Source of the DNA: Laetmonice hystrix
Taxonomy: Eukaryota
Direction: 5' to 3'
Length of the DNA: 64,000 nt
Assembly (NCBI GenBank): GCA_965235115.1
Contig: OZ249450.1
Coordinates: 15,066,001 to 15,130,000 of the forward strand
How positions within the stretch are numbered: the first letter of the stretch is position 1; each line of letters starts with the position of its first letter. Below the pieces are notes generated by a model, which did no database searches, was not told the origin of the DNA, and saw only the letters and a list, made by a program, of their open reading frames with translations. A program made the translations under genes and the position numbers. Shown in pieces: positions 38,101 through 52,210 of the stretch.

Positions 38101-40232
38101 ATAACGGTCGTATCGTCACACCAATCATTATAATACACTGTGGGGCTGACCTCTGTAGCCTGTACAGTTTACTCTGTCTCTCGGAGAAATTATTGCAGAT
38201 CACAACTTGTTTGACCAACAAATACAGAGCATTCCCGTTTGGGTACTGAGATCTTTCAGATGCATCGTACATTCATGGCGTGTGGCTGATGCTTCGTCCT
38301 GATTGACTTACAGCACCCGCCTGTCCTCAACATCTTACAACCTAGATCCCAATTGCTATTCATAGAAACATTCAAACTATTGGTTGAACGTAATTATAAT
38401 CCCCAATGGATAGCTTCCTGATTAGCACGATTGTACAATACGAGCATGCCATCCGTCAACGTCAACATGACGTAGTAGTGCCTGTTACAAGCAGAAAAAT
38501 AAAGCCTCCAGATTAAAATGTCTCCAATAGATTCTAAGTGAATTCTCAGAATGGTACATTTTTCATTTATATCACGTTATTTAAGCAACATTATCAAGCA
38601 TGCCGAATGACGTGGAATGTGTACGGTTGGGTCCGAGCAGAATCCGTAACCGGATGCTGCGCATTACGCATGTGCAAGTGGACGGAACGTGCTGAGCCCA
38701 AAAACCATCATGAGCGACCACACGCGATTGGCGGTCATCCCAAGTGACTGACGCCTGGGCCATGTCTGATTAATGACAGCTCCCTACCCTCAGCGGCCCG
38801 AGCTATAAATAAACTTAGCCGCCGACGAAAATAATAAAAACAACTTTCCAGAATGAAAAACAAATAAACAAAATTATGTTGGTACCTACACAAACTGACT
38901 GCTTTCAGACAAACGATGGAACCGTTGTAGTCAAGACTCATGTTCATGGTAGGTCCACCCTATCTTGAAGGGTAAATTAATAGGAGTCAATTTCCCGAAA
39001 TGCAAGGGAAGAATCAATTGTGACGACAAACCGGAAACATCAGACTCTGCAACATGAGCAAGGTTCTTTTTGTTTAACTATGAATGTTTACTGCGGTCCC
39101 AGAATACCCAGCTCTAGTAAAAAGCCACAGGTTATGGACACTCCCAACAGACACTCTCAGCCTTTTAATAATGATTTACTCCTGAGTCAGACCTAGAACT
39201 GACTGCGTGAGCCACTTCTTCCAGGACGAGAAAACATTGACCTTGATCAATAGTCCATGAAACCTGAACACGGCAGCGTCAACATCGATAAAATGATGGC
39301 CTACTTTCTGGTCTTTATTAATAAAGGAAGATTATTTTCACATTTTTACCGAAACTCCTTGCTGAAAAAGGTTAATGAAATGCCGGATTCAGTGACAGTC
39401 CAGATGGGACCGGAGCCGCAATGTTGGCTTGTTAATATGCCGACCCATTGTCCTCACGCATGTCATCAAGGGGCCAATCCTTAATTACATTCTTTGAAAA
39501 TACGAACATATAAACAATATTATGCACTAACAGGTTATTCCCTTCTTTTTCACTACTTTTGTGCACTACCACCCTTTTGAAAACTCAGATTGGTTGAGCT
39601 ACGGTTACGAGAGAAGTCAAAGCGGGCCATACTTTACGCAGTGCCTTCCGGAAGGATTAGGATGACAGACTCCCGGGTGTGGCGTACCATGGCGTGATGG
39701 TGCCAGTGATAGGGGGCAGGCTGGGGAGACCAGTGGCCAGACCGGGGTGGATATTTGGAGGATGAAGGGGAGAATTGGCTAGGTGGAATGTAATCTGATT
39801 TAACGGCATATATAGGACATGGAGAGTAGATATATTTAACGTGTCCCATGACTATAAACACAATGAACAATGTATTCCCATACTGAACGAATTTCTGGTC
39901 CTGATATTAGTTTTACATAGTTTATGTTATTAAATATTCCCACGGGTCAGTCAAGCAATGAAGAGAAAGTGAAAATAGTCGGGGGTAATGTGACTAATCA
40001 ATTGATGAAAATGTATTAGTCTGCCCTACTTAATGGATACCGACCTTTGGGACACCATGCACATTACATTGTTCTGGTGTTTGTATTCAATTTTACTCTT
40101 TCAACTGACTGGCGCCCACATAGATCAATTGTCTCGAACTTTTTAATGAAACTGTAGTTATTGACATTAACGACCTTTCACAACTTTTGTGTTGTTACAT
40201 AATTATTAGCGAAATATACGATATGTACGTAA

Positions 40233-40411
40233 GGCCATGTACACATAGGCGATTGTCCTTGCGACGTCCATTTTATTTGACTGTGATTTTGAGATTAAAG
40301 GATGGAGCCCATTTTCAGAAACAGGGAAGGCCAGCCAGGAGTGAATTTCCCCATTAAATCAAAAATCGCATGGCCGTCGCAAGGACAATCACCTTATAGT
40401 GGACATGGGCT
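40233..40411. mobile_element. ~180-bp MITE with ~40-bp TIRs (PIF/Harbinger-like GGCC start)
   Basis: ggccatgtacacataggcgattgtccttgcgacgtccat vs reverse complement of atggccgtcgcaaggacaatcaccttatagtggacatgggc. No clear TSD. Confidence 0.65.
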
Positions 40412-41209
40412 CTCGATCATGATGGGAAATATGCACCTCAGTCTATAGACGGTGTATCATGTGCTCACTCAGTGCTGCTAACATTTAGCTCTCGGTGGAA
40501 TTCACCTGAATGATTCCACCAATGGATCAATTGTGAACTGTTTCTGGAAGAGTACTCTCACAATCCCAGCTACTCCGCAAGACACGTGACTGCATGTTCC
40601 TCGCAGGAGTCAGTCAAACAGGGGTGAGGTGTATGTGTGGGGGTGGGGGGTGGGGGGGGTGTAGGAAGGTTGTTGGCAGAGTGAGGCGTGGAGCACCTGT
40701 GTAGGTTGACCATCAGCCAGGTGTTGGCAGAACCCCCAAGGACAGCGATACGAGGATATACGAGGAGGAGGGGAGGGGGAACATCGACCCATTCCCTAAC
40801 CCTGCCCGAGCTATACGACCGTGCATTAACTGCCTGCCAACTTACCATAATTATCGCTCCGTCAAATACCATTTGCTATGCGCTGTACAACGCCGGGGTT
40901 TGTGCCAACCCCGGACGACCGGCTGACACGCCCCCTCCCGCGGCCATAATCTACCGGAATAATGACTGACACTCTGCCAACCCTCAGCCAAACCCAGCCT
41001 TAGAGGAGGCCACCAGTGCATGTTAATCAAGAGGAGATAGATGCTCTGTTATAGCGGCCGTAATACATGTAGTATTTTATATTGAGAGTTAATGTTTCTG
41101 TTTATCTGTTATTCCCTCCCCTATTCCCTCTGTCATTTCCTGTTGTTCAACTCATTATATCTCTCTACGTGGTCTCTACATTATACTTGTCTCTCTGCCT
41201 CAATACAAT

Positions 41210-41477
41210 AAGGGGCGGATCGGGGGGGGGGGGGTGGCTAGCCCCCCCTTTCCAGTTGAGCCATTTTTTTTGCGCTCACTTTTGACACTTCATTTATTTA
41301 ATACCTCATTTTGTGCTCCAAAATGTACTAAATGTCACCAAATTGCACCTTAAATTTCACCATTTTTCGTGGTAGAGATGCCCCTGGGCCCCCGTATAGC
41401 AAGGGCTTCGGGCCTTCGGCGCTCGCCCTGTCCAAAGCTCCTAGCCACCCCCTTAAAACCCCCTACATTGGCGCCTG
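41210..41477. mobile_element. hAT-like MITE remnant
   Basis: Begins aggggcggatc and ends ggcgcctg (CAGGG/CAGGC-type termini) around an AT-rich core. No TSD. Confidence 0.45.
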
Positions 41478-41807
41478 ACACTTTATATAGGTGTATTTTA
41501 TATGGACGTTGAGGTGAACAACAAAATGGTTTGAATGCCACCCTGACTCTGACGGCTTTCAGTGGCATTCAGCCACTCATGTTGTCCGCCAGGTGCCATC
41601 GACAGCTGTGTCAGGGTGTCCTTCAGACCAGGTACCTGAACACTACTACTTGACTAGCCCCGGACACACGGATAGCTCGCCTACAGCTCTCGACACCCAC
41701 TTCAACAATCTTTTCGTCCCAGAGAGGTGGCGCGGGAGGTTGTCTATATGACGTCAGGAAATCACTTTAAAATGACCTCAGTGTGGGGTTTACCCTTTAG
41801 GATTAAT

Positions 41808-41978
41808 GCCCCCCTATAGCGCAGGAAAACTGTTATTCCCTTCCGTCGGCTGGGAGACCTTTCTCAGACACGACAAAATCAGTGATTAACAGTTTACTCC
41901 AATCACTGATTGTTGACCGACATTTAGTGCCAACAGAGGGCGCTGTAGGTAGTTCTCTGTTGTAACGATATAGGGGGC
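41808..41978. repeat. Nested inverted repeats (small MITE-like hairpin)
   Basis: ccccctata / tataggggg outer pair. Perfect 11-bp inner pair aatcagtgatt (41877-41887) / aatcactgatt (41901-41911). Confidence 0.45.
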
Positions 41979-43357
41979 CTGCTGACGTCGTTTAGCCAGT
42001 CGCCGCCATTGATGGCGTTAGCCCAGAAATCGGAATAAATGATCGTACTCACATCATCTCAGTAATCACTGTATATCAAGTGGTACTTATCCTCCGTAAT
42101 TCTACGTAAATATCCATCAAAGATGATAAGGACAAGAATAAATCGATTAATAATCATGAAGAATAAGTTTCGTACATATTCGGTTTCAAAATATGTCATA
42201 ATAAAAGAGGGAAACCAGTCATAGACTCATTCATACTCGTCTAAAGCTTGGTAAGTAGTAGTATAAATCAACTCGCGACCGCCTCTCTTCCCCTGCTCCT
42301 TGTTATCCAATCCTCTACCATAAGGTGATGCTTATCTAATAATATGTCAAAAAACGTGACCGCACTTTGAGATTGGCAAAACCTTAACCCTTTGTTAGGT
42401 CCTATTCCGAACAGATTTCCAGGGCGCACCTGGTTTGATTCACGAGTTCACGTATAGTTACTTACAGGTAATTAATTGCTTTTTTGTGTTCGAATTTTTA
42501 TCTTCCCTATGATCGACGCTTCGCTCGTAAAACTCCCCCTGTTGGTTAGTCTCCGAACTAACACCCTGAGATATAAACGCCTCCTGACCTCCGAACGCTG
42601 GCGTCCGTGGGAAGAAGGTCAAGCGCTGCTCATGGATTAGAACGCCGCCAGCGTTTGATTTCCAAGTCCAGTTTTCTACCTATTTGAATAAACGACCTGG
42701 CAGCAACATTACATGGCTCGACGCCTTTTATATACAGACAAACTGGCTGTGCTGACAGTGGCGAACACAATGGGAGTTTAATGTAGGAGAACCCTTCATT
42801 TAAAGATGTAGTAAGATCTTAGAACAGCAAAACTATACCGGCAAATAGGATTGTAAGACTGCTTTAGTCTTCCCCCTCAAGTGCTGCCATATGGAACAAT
42901 TTAAGAACTTCATCTCCGTTATTTACTGGAAAGAAAAATCATGATTGCCGATTCATGCTAACGCCTCAAGGTAACGATTACTGGTTCTGATAAGACGGAT
43001 TCTGAACGCTTTCCAATGTAAGTAGCACGTAACACGTTTCTTATATAACAAACACACCATATTACTGATGGAGATGATCGGAAATTATTTCAAAGATGAA
43101 GAACCATTATAACATCTCGAAATAGATTTCAACCGTTTCCTTGTTAGCCATATCGTCCTGATGACGGCTTTAGTGAGTTTAACATTGAAAGTTCGAAGTC
43201 CCAAAGATTGCCAGTGATGTCCATAGATCGTAAACCAACCAATCATTGCCGTTCATGATGAGGAACCTAGACCTCCATCCTGGTAATTAACCCTCCTTGC
43301 GTGGCGCCCCCGTGTGGCCGGAGCGAGTACTATAGCAACCAGCCACCAGTGTATACA

Positions 43358-44041
43358 CCAGCCCCATGGAACCGTGCGTGGAGGGTGGGAGAAGGGTATG
43401 CCAGACGGCTGACTGGGACCCATGTTGACAGTGCCAGCCCCATGGAACCGTACGTGGTGGGTGAGAGAAGGGTATGCCAGCCGGCTGACTGGGACCCATG
43501 TTGACAGTGCCAGCCCCATGGAACCGTGCGTGGAGGGTGGGAGAAGGGTATGCCAGACGGCTGACTGGGACCCATGTTGACAGTGCCAGCCCCATGGAAC
43601 CGTACGTGGTGGGTGAGAGAAGGGTATGGCAGTCGGCTGACTGGGACCCATGTTGACAGTGCCAGCCCCATGGAACCGTACGTGGTGGGTGAGAGAAGGG
43701 TATGCCAGCCGGCTGACTGGGACCCATGTTGACAGTGCCAGCCCCATGGAACCGTACGTGGTGGGTGGGAGAAGGGTATGCCAGCCGGCTGACTGGGACC
43801 CATGTTGACAGTGCCAGCCCCATGGAACCGTACGTGGTGGGTGAGAGAAGGGTATGCCAGCCGGCTGACTGGGACCTATGTTGACAGTGCCAGCCCCATG
43901 GAACCGTACGTGGTGGGTGGGAGAAGGGTATGCCAGCCGGCTGACTGGGACCCATGTTGACAGTGCCAGCCCCATGGAACCGTACGTGGTGGGTGGGAGA
44001 AGGGTATGGCAGTCGGCTGACTGGGACCCATGTTGACAGTG
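43358..44041. repeat. 76-bp minisatellite, 9 highly similar units
   Basis: catggaacc recurs every 76 bp from 43365 to 43973; 684 bp = 9 x 76. Confidence 0.98.
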
Positions 44042-44444
44042 TTACCAATACAATGGACATTATTAGCCTGTTGACATGAAGATACATGCTCCAGCTGACT
44101 GAGTGGCCTCTTGACGCCCATCCATCCCTATCTCTGACTAAGTGAACATGGCAGCCCCCGACACAGGTGCTCGAACAGTCTTAATTGGGGGGTCCCCCCT
44201 CGGTACACGGTCCTGGGGGAACCCCCAACAACCAAGGCTGAATGGTGTCCAACATTTTACTCCGTACTCATATCATCTTGATTTGTAGTGCCATCACATT
44301 GACTTCTTACTGCGCCAATAAAGTGTCCCTCTCTCTCTCGTCCCTCAACGTTTCTCTCAATGTTTCTATCCTGCTCGTCTGTCTGCTTGTGTCCAAATAA
44401 TTAAAGAACTAAAGATAACAGGTTGTCTGTGTGACATGGTGCAT
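44040..44444 (+). mobile_element. Possible LTR (TG...CA, 44040-44436) followed by PBS-like TGGTGCAT
   Basis: tgttacc...ctgtgtgaca boundaries, AATAAA near 44317, then TGGTGCAT, complementary to a tRNA-Gly(GCC)-type 3' end (8 nt only). No second LTR seen. Confidence 0.3.
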
Positions 44445-47400
44445 ATTCCATATCATCCTTGACTGTATTATTATAACAATAACATCTCATCACTGCCAGT
44501 ATACGGGAGTCACACCAGGGTCGCGGACACACCAATATTATGCAGGGTGTATAGATGTGCTCCTGTTCCTGCTGCTACATGTATTATACTTATATAATTA
44601 TATTATACATCCCAATAACAATGCCTGTATTATGCGTTATGTACATACATGTATGGTGGTGAGGCGGGGACTGTATATATGTATTACCATGTTGATATAA
44701 TGTATGTAGGTCCACGTACGGGCCCGACAAAGACGAAATGAAATGGTGAACCTGAACAAACAATAGGCAGGTGGAGAACAGAATGCCGTCAGATATGTAA
44801 CGTTTTGGAGTGGCATGTTACGTGTGTTTAACGTCTGCGAGTTTTCCCGCATGATGTCCCTCAGTCTCCTGTACTAGAAACAGTCCACGATCAAGGATAT
44901 TACAGAGTGTCGACACGTTCATACTTGTATCATGAGTCCGCACGGCTTTACCAAGTGTTGTCCAGTGTATCATGATAGTACAAAACGTCGATATCTAGTA
45001 CTGACATCATGTGATAATATGTTTCGTGCAGGAATACATTCAATGAATCGTACTTCACATGTTAATATCCTTTGACATCTTTTGCTTGGGAGTGGAGATT
45101 CACCCTAATCCGGCAACGGTTTTATAATACACAGCTGCCAACATTGGATCAACAAATGAGGAATCATCAGTGACATTCAGTGATATGTTTACATTCACTT
45201 TACTACCTTATAAAGGTTCCATTCTCTCCGTATCTATCCGTCAGTCTCTCTCCTACCTTGCTCTCTCACATTATTTAATGTGGTTAATAGCAATTATCAT
45301 GATTCGTCAGTACCCTGGTACCACCATCGCCACCGCCGTAAAGGTTACCGGTATTATCTATTACTGAAAGCTTGAGCCTTGTTTATTAATTATATATAAT
45401 GACATAAACTGTTGATTGTCGCTCTTACTACTACAGATAATTAGAAACTGTCACTGAACCCCATCAGTAGTGAGACAACCTGATAGTGACGGGCAATAGA
45501 AACACAGGCGACTCATCAACAGGCCGGATTACTAGAGCTAACCACTGAGCTAACCACCCAGACCCTATGGTGATCCCATGCTTTTGAACGAAACGCTTTT
45601 TAAAGCACTAATAGGCTTACTCAAAGTGAAGTGATTTTTCAGGCCATTTTGGGTTATACTTCCATTGAAACACACCTACAGAGGCATATAGTGACAAGAC
45701 TAGGGCAGAGACAATTTGAGTGCAAGGCACAAAGATGAGCAGGAGAGGTCTGTGGACGGGAGGGTTCGGGAGTGGACCTGCATTCTCTGTTGGCCGACCT
45801 GCACGGCATGCAGCACGACCTGCATAATGAGGAACCGGACGCCTGCCAGACGTCGCCGCCCTGAGGGTCACGTGGAATACAACCCCGCCGACCTCACGTG
45901 GTCTGTTGCTTTCAAAGACTTTCCGAGTTTCAAATCAATAGCTGAAACATTCACTTGGTCTTGTTTGACCTATGCTTGCCAGTTATTAGTGCGCGGAAAT
46001 TGCCTGAGTATTGGCTCGTGTGTGGTCGTTCTTTGACCTGAACACCTTCGTTAGTAAAGAAGCCAAATTGCATTTGAATTAACACTAAATATATACCTAG
46101 AGCAACCTAATCGAGCTTACCAGTGCCTGGGAAAGGTCTGGCGGACGGCGAAGTGCCAGTTTTAGCTATAAAACCCAACGAGAGGTGCCCTTCAAAGTTT
46201 CATCGTAATTGGCAGGTTGCATGCCGAAAGCCATTAAGTGACCTGATCACTATTGGCGCAGAGAAACGACTTAATAAGTATCGGAGCTCCTTCGTCACAC
46301 CAACCAAGTCTGATGATATGTTGCTTTTAAACAATTCTTTTCTCAAATTAGATAATAAAAAGCAGCCCATAAACACACTCTGGTTGGGACATAATCAATG
46401 CGAGCGCTATAGATAGTTGGGCAACCATGATCTCTTGACCACACCCATTGTTAGACTGACCGCACACACTGAAGTTTCCTTAGGTGCACGGTATCCGCAA
46501 TTTCAGAAACAGAGGCAGTGACACTAAATTGTTTTATGTGAGGTGGTCTTACAGGTCATTAAGTGATAGAGGCTTCATACTATAATCTTACTTACTACCG
46601 AATACAATTTCGACAGATCGGTGTAAATCGATATCCCTCGATGGTCATTTCTATACAAAGCAGACGAAAGCGTGCATACATGACATGAGATCAACATGCA
46701 TGCCCTGCATGGGCTTCACTGAACTCCCCAAAGATCAATTGCTAAGTTATACGGATCAAATCTACCTCAGTCACATTAACAAACCACACAGCCTCGATCA
46801 AAACCGTCCTACATGCATGCATAGCCACAAAACAAGCCTAATCCTCTTTCATTTCCAATTCGGTAAAAAGGCTGAGCCACACAACCTGTCAGACGGTCAT
46901 GCTGGACCACCACCCGATACCACGACGCTAGGTTGTTTCAATTCTCACAGGCCCCTCTCCCCGCTCCCACGCCCACCCAACCCCTCCCTGATCACCTCCT
47001 AATTGGATTAATAAGCAGGCAAACTTTCATTTCGGCTTGTCTACGGAGAACAGCCAGACAGTCAATAGAGTAGCCCGAGTTTGTGTCAACGTCGACGTTT
47101 ATTTTCCTAATTATAACCAAACGGCGGTCGGCAGTCTGAGAGACAAAGGCGAGGACAGCAGGATAATATCGAGCAATGAATGTCTGCAGCTAATATCGAT
47201 CACATAATGAAGGAAACGCGCGCAAAGTTCTACCGGAAGTCGCCTATCTTAGGAGCGTCCCAAACAGCGCCCGAGGCTTGCGTCTGGCGCTGTCTAAAGG
47301 AAGTTGGCACCGGATATATTTCCTCCGGAACGACGAACAGGAGGAGAATCGTTTGATGTCTGGCTAATTCTTCGACTTTATACCGTCGTCGGTGCATTGA

Positions 47401-47955
47401 GTAGATTTCAGTGCAAGTTCGTAGGGTTCTTTACTATATACAGGTACAACAATAACTCGCATGTGTTCGGCAAGGATACGTGTTCTATAGCCTGGTTTAT
47501 TTCAGAGACAGAAACCCCCGACATGAAGTCTGAATAAAAGATCATGTTCAGCTCCTGAATGATGGTTTTTCCTATGAAGACTGCGCGGGGGGGGGGGGAC
47601 ATCAAGAGTCCTGGATTACCGCCTGAACCCAGTCAGCCCAAGTACCTGTGTCCCAGGAATTAAACCCCTGATTTCACACCGAGTCACAACCGTCAAGGTG
47701 CCAGCCCCGAAACCTTCTACAAAAGCTGTCTAAGCAAAAAAGAGCGGCGAGTTCCCTTTGTACCCCATTCACATGCCCCACCCCCCCCCCCCCCCACACA
47801 CACACACACGGCCGGCTTAGCGTGTAACCCGCCGGTACGGACCTCGGTAATGTGGCCGCTGTGGGAGGTCGTCACTGATTGTCTGCCGATCTGACTACAT
47901 AGAACGATCGTCCAGGTCAATAAGATCAAAGGCGACCTGCCCATCAGTCGACGCA

Positions 47956-48262
47956 CTACGAGACGGACAGGGGGGTTGTGCTCAGTGGCTACGAGACGGA
48001 CAAGGGGGTCGTGCTCAGTGGCTACGAGACGGACAAGGGGGGTCGTACTCAGTGACTACAAGACGGACAGCGGGGGTCGTGCTCAGTGACTACGAGACGG
48101 ACAGCGGGGGTCGTGCTCTGTGGCTACGAGACGGACAGCGGGGCGTCGTGCTCAGTGGCTACGAGACGGACAGCGGGGGGGGGGGGGGGGGGTCGTGCTC
48201 AGTGGCTACGAGACGGACAGCGGGGGGTCGTGTAGACTAGCCTCCAGCTCTACGAGACGGAC
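47956..48262. repeat. ~34-bp minisatellite, 9 units with variable G-tract
   Basis: ctac(g/a)agacggac recurs 9 times. Consensus gtcgtgctcagtggctacgagacggacagcggggg. Confidence 0.95.
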
Positions 48263-51200
48263 CAATCAGGGATGTCGTTACGTCGACATGAAAGGGCCCC
48301 TATTCCAAACGGTTCCGCCAGTTGTAATTGTGTAAAGGGCATAATCTCTAATCCAAGGGAATTCAATGATGTTAAAAAAAACACAATTCTTGCTTCGATA
48401 CGCACTAACCAGAAGTATATTTCATGATAGCGAGGGAAGAAAATTCGATTCTGAAATGGGGTCATTTATGTCTCCACGTAGTATAAAGTTAGGTCTCGAC
48501 AACGTCGTGGTATTCCACATGAACCTTGCCCGGAAATACGAGAGCAGCCAGCACAACCTCAGACGCCAGACCACAGTCCCATGGCTTCCCAGACCTTAAG
48601 GTTCTGGCGTCATTATGTCCTTAGACCAGACAACCATATACACTGTCAATACAGAACCGTATGGGCGCATGGGTGTGCATCGTTACGCATGAATGTGCGC
48701 AACAACAATATTGTTCCCTTGGCTGGTCCCTAACCGCCCGGTTAAGTCAAGTGTTGACTGCTGTTTGCAGACCTGTTCAGAGGGAATGGATAATGATGCG
48801 CTTTCCGTCAGCACTGGATGTTTGTCCTGCCATGTCAATACTGGCCAGAATCTATAGCCGACTGGTGTCGGGCTGGAGATCGACCCCCCCCCCCCCCCTC
48901 GTCTTTATACATGATTCATGACATACAGTCGGCCTACCCGCCATCGGCGTCACGGCGTCCGTGGTGCACCGTGTCGCCACGGGGGGGGGGGGGGCAACCC
49001 TGGGCTCCCGGGAACAGACGAAGGGCAGCCATGTCCAGTTTCCCCACACTTTCCCACGGGTATCAATACTTAGTCCTTCTGGGCTGATAAACCGTTGGCA
49101 TCTTTATCCGTTGGCAGCAGGCGGGGACTGCCGTCTGCATTACGTCTTACAACGACCATTAGGACAAAGGGGTCAAGACAATTACATGCGTCCACAATAA
49201 CCTTAATACTATAGAGGCCAAAAGACCAATTCAAGTCATAGGTAGAATTCCCGGTACTTCATAGTCCGTATGCCCTTATCTAAGCGCGAATCTTGCATTG
49301 ACCCAGATAAACCAGTTAGGTTAACGAAATAATCAAATGGTTATTCCATGTCTGCGACATGAATTTGCTAGTGTATCGAGAATTCCCATAACATTCAAGG
49401 TTTCATGACCTAACTTTGAAATTATATGTTTTCACCGAGATGGATTCCTGGTGGCCATGTATTAACCTTTCGATTTGTTGAAAACATTAAATCACAGTAA
49501 TTCCCTTGGCCGCAATTGGCACGGAGCACCATGGAAGTGCAGGTAAATGTCACCGTTCAATTGCAATCGAGGTTTTTTCTAAGCAAGGCACATGGCGGGA
49601 ACAATAACCATTAAGTCGACACCTGATGTCGACGTTGATTTGTTATTAGTCTTATTTAAGTTAGATTTAACCTCGACCCTGACACTGCCATGTCAGGCGC
49701 TTGGTGTCAATTAATGTGGCGGGACACACAAATTAAATGAGTTAAACGTTAGAAATTCATGATAGGTGAACAACTATAATTCTACTTGACCTAACAGACT
49801 GACTGGCACTGTAAAGTGTCATGTCCCGTAATGACGATCTCATTACAGTTTACAGTACGCCATGTTTTATTACAAATTAGGACACTCTCTGAGACGGTTC
49901 TAACTACGGTTGGGAGGTCATATATCTTTGTGAGCGAGTAACTGTGCTGTTCACAACAGTGAATCTAGCCAAGATTATGATGTACAGCTAAAACATATCA
50001 GGTCACTAGATGAACAGAACCTTACCATTTAACAATAAGAAAACTAGAAATAGAAAAGTCTATTTTTAGACTTGTTCATCAAAAATTCCATCGTTATTAT
50101 AAAGATAACCTATCAATTCTTCCGATATAATGTACCAAGGCCTTAGAACCACGACACCATACCTATATCCTATACATGAATGATTTATACGTGTGCCCGG
50201 ATGACCTCAGTGTTCTACTGCCTGGACCTTTGGCTATATATGTAATCCTAACCTTAATCTCATCGATCCCATTACAGCCACGGGCCCAGCCCACCCCCGG
50301 CAACAATTAACGTACTCCCTTTGTACGCATGCCAAGAGTCCATGCTAACCTCGGCTTTAGTCTCACTCAGTATGAGACCATGCGCGAGATTTCAGGCAAG
50401 TGGTCTAATTAACAAGGTTACCCTCGACCCGTCTCATTCCGCTCTCTGTTTGTGGATAGATATATTGTTATCTAGGATAGTCTCCCTTGGTCTTCCCTTC
50501 GCCTGATACTAATACACATTTCCGTATGCTACTTACACTTTAGTCTGCCGTCCAGTCATATATTTCCAAAGAATTTCTTCCTGACCACAATCGGGCCACT
50601 GTTACCCTGAGGTGGAATGCTACAGCCGTAACCATCCCTATGGGTTACCGGGATAACACGCTCCCAGGGAAAACAAGTAAAAAAATCTAAGAAAAAAAAA
50701 CGCAATCAGTGGTCGTGTTTCCTAACAGATACAGCAATTAATATTCTGATAAACGATGACACTGACGTATGACTATCTACTCATCTACTAACATCAAACT
50801 CGGGGTATCGGCACTAGGGTTACGTTATAATTATCTGATTGGGATGGACAGGGCAGTTAGTATTATCATCTTATACCCGATCAGCGTGAGTGTGATGTCA
50901 TTAAATTACCTACACTCGACAGGCAGTACCCTGTCTCCTGTACCCGGTCAGGGTACCCCTGTACCCTGGCAGAACCCACATCTCCTTCCTGTATACCTGC
51001 CTACCTAACTGCCTATAGTACATAATATTCATGTACGTATGAATACTTACTTACATAACCCAAACATGTACGCATAATACATACATAATACATGCAAGAC
51101 CACAGCAATGAATACAAAAACATTTATACCCGCTCCAATTCTACCCATGTACTTGACGTCTACCTGCAAGGACGTACATGTACATAGACATAAACTGGTA

Positions 51201-52210
51201 TACGTTCAGGTGAAAGGTCTTATATGATTAGTGTGGGATATTTCACCTACGTGACCCGTACCAGATCAATAGGTCCACAGACACTATCGATCCGTACTGA
51301 GTTTGTGCATACGCTACTGTATGGTTGTTTTCAACATTCTCCATCGGCCTTTCCCCTCCATATACTTAAACCACCATGATAATATCACATATAGTCAATA
51401 GATACTTGTCTCTGAGGTCTCATGCGGAGGTTCAGTGGTCTGTGATATCTAGTGGCGTTCTAACATTTGACACCAGACCGGTCTGCCTGACTACTGACTG
51501 ACGCTTATAACGGTCAGACGCTATTACTAAAACATAGGATTCCACCAAGCTTCACACCATCCAGAGCTGAAATTGTTGAGATACAATCTGTTCGAGCCCT
51601 TTTCGTCTTTCTTTCCCGATGGGATTTCGGAGCTGTACTGAGGAAAAGTAAACATATAGTTTTTTTAGGACTGGCGGTGCGTGTGTTTGGCCCTGGTATT
51701 TAAGATGACTAAAAAGATGCCCGTTCCTTCTGACCATAGTCAGACATTAAACTTAAATGAAGCAACGTGCTTGGATCGGCGTCTGATTAAGTCTATCACT
51801 TATTTACCATCTTGCAAGGCGGCTGTTTCTACGACAACGCCACCAGCGACTGTCCTGTTTACGGTGCTAACTGAAGCGTGACAGGATCAACAGTGAAAAG
51901 ACGCCATTACGCATGCACACTCTTGGCACGGTTCCGTATCCTTGACGTCATGTCCGGTTTCCTAGTCACGCCATGGCACGTTTCGATAGGTCGGCTCTTT
52001 CGACGACTCACTTACTTGTTTCACAGATGTAAGGAGTAACCTTTAGGAGTTGATCTGAAATAATTTCGGCAGGTTGTGCCATTCTGATGCAGCTCAGCCA
52101 TGTTCCAATAATGAATCAATTACGCTTACCCGAGTAGAAAAAAACTAATAAACATGCTTGTGCAAAGAAAGACCTGAATATTACAAGCGCCCCGTATAAG
52201 CCAGTGTGAC

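Noticed and set aside
43150-43200. CTGATGA...GAAA hammerhead candidate (also at ~59612)
   Set aside because: No closing stem II or stem I pairing.
43253-44121. Long ORFs (240, 266, 157 aa) on the minus strand
   Set aside because: Artefact of the stop-free 76-bp unit cycling through all three frames; not a protein.
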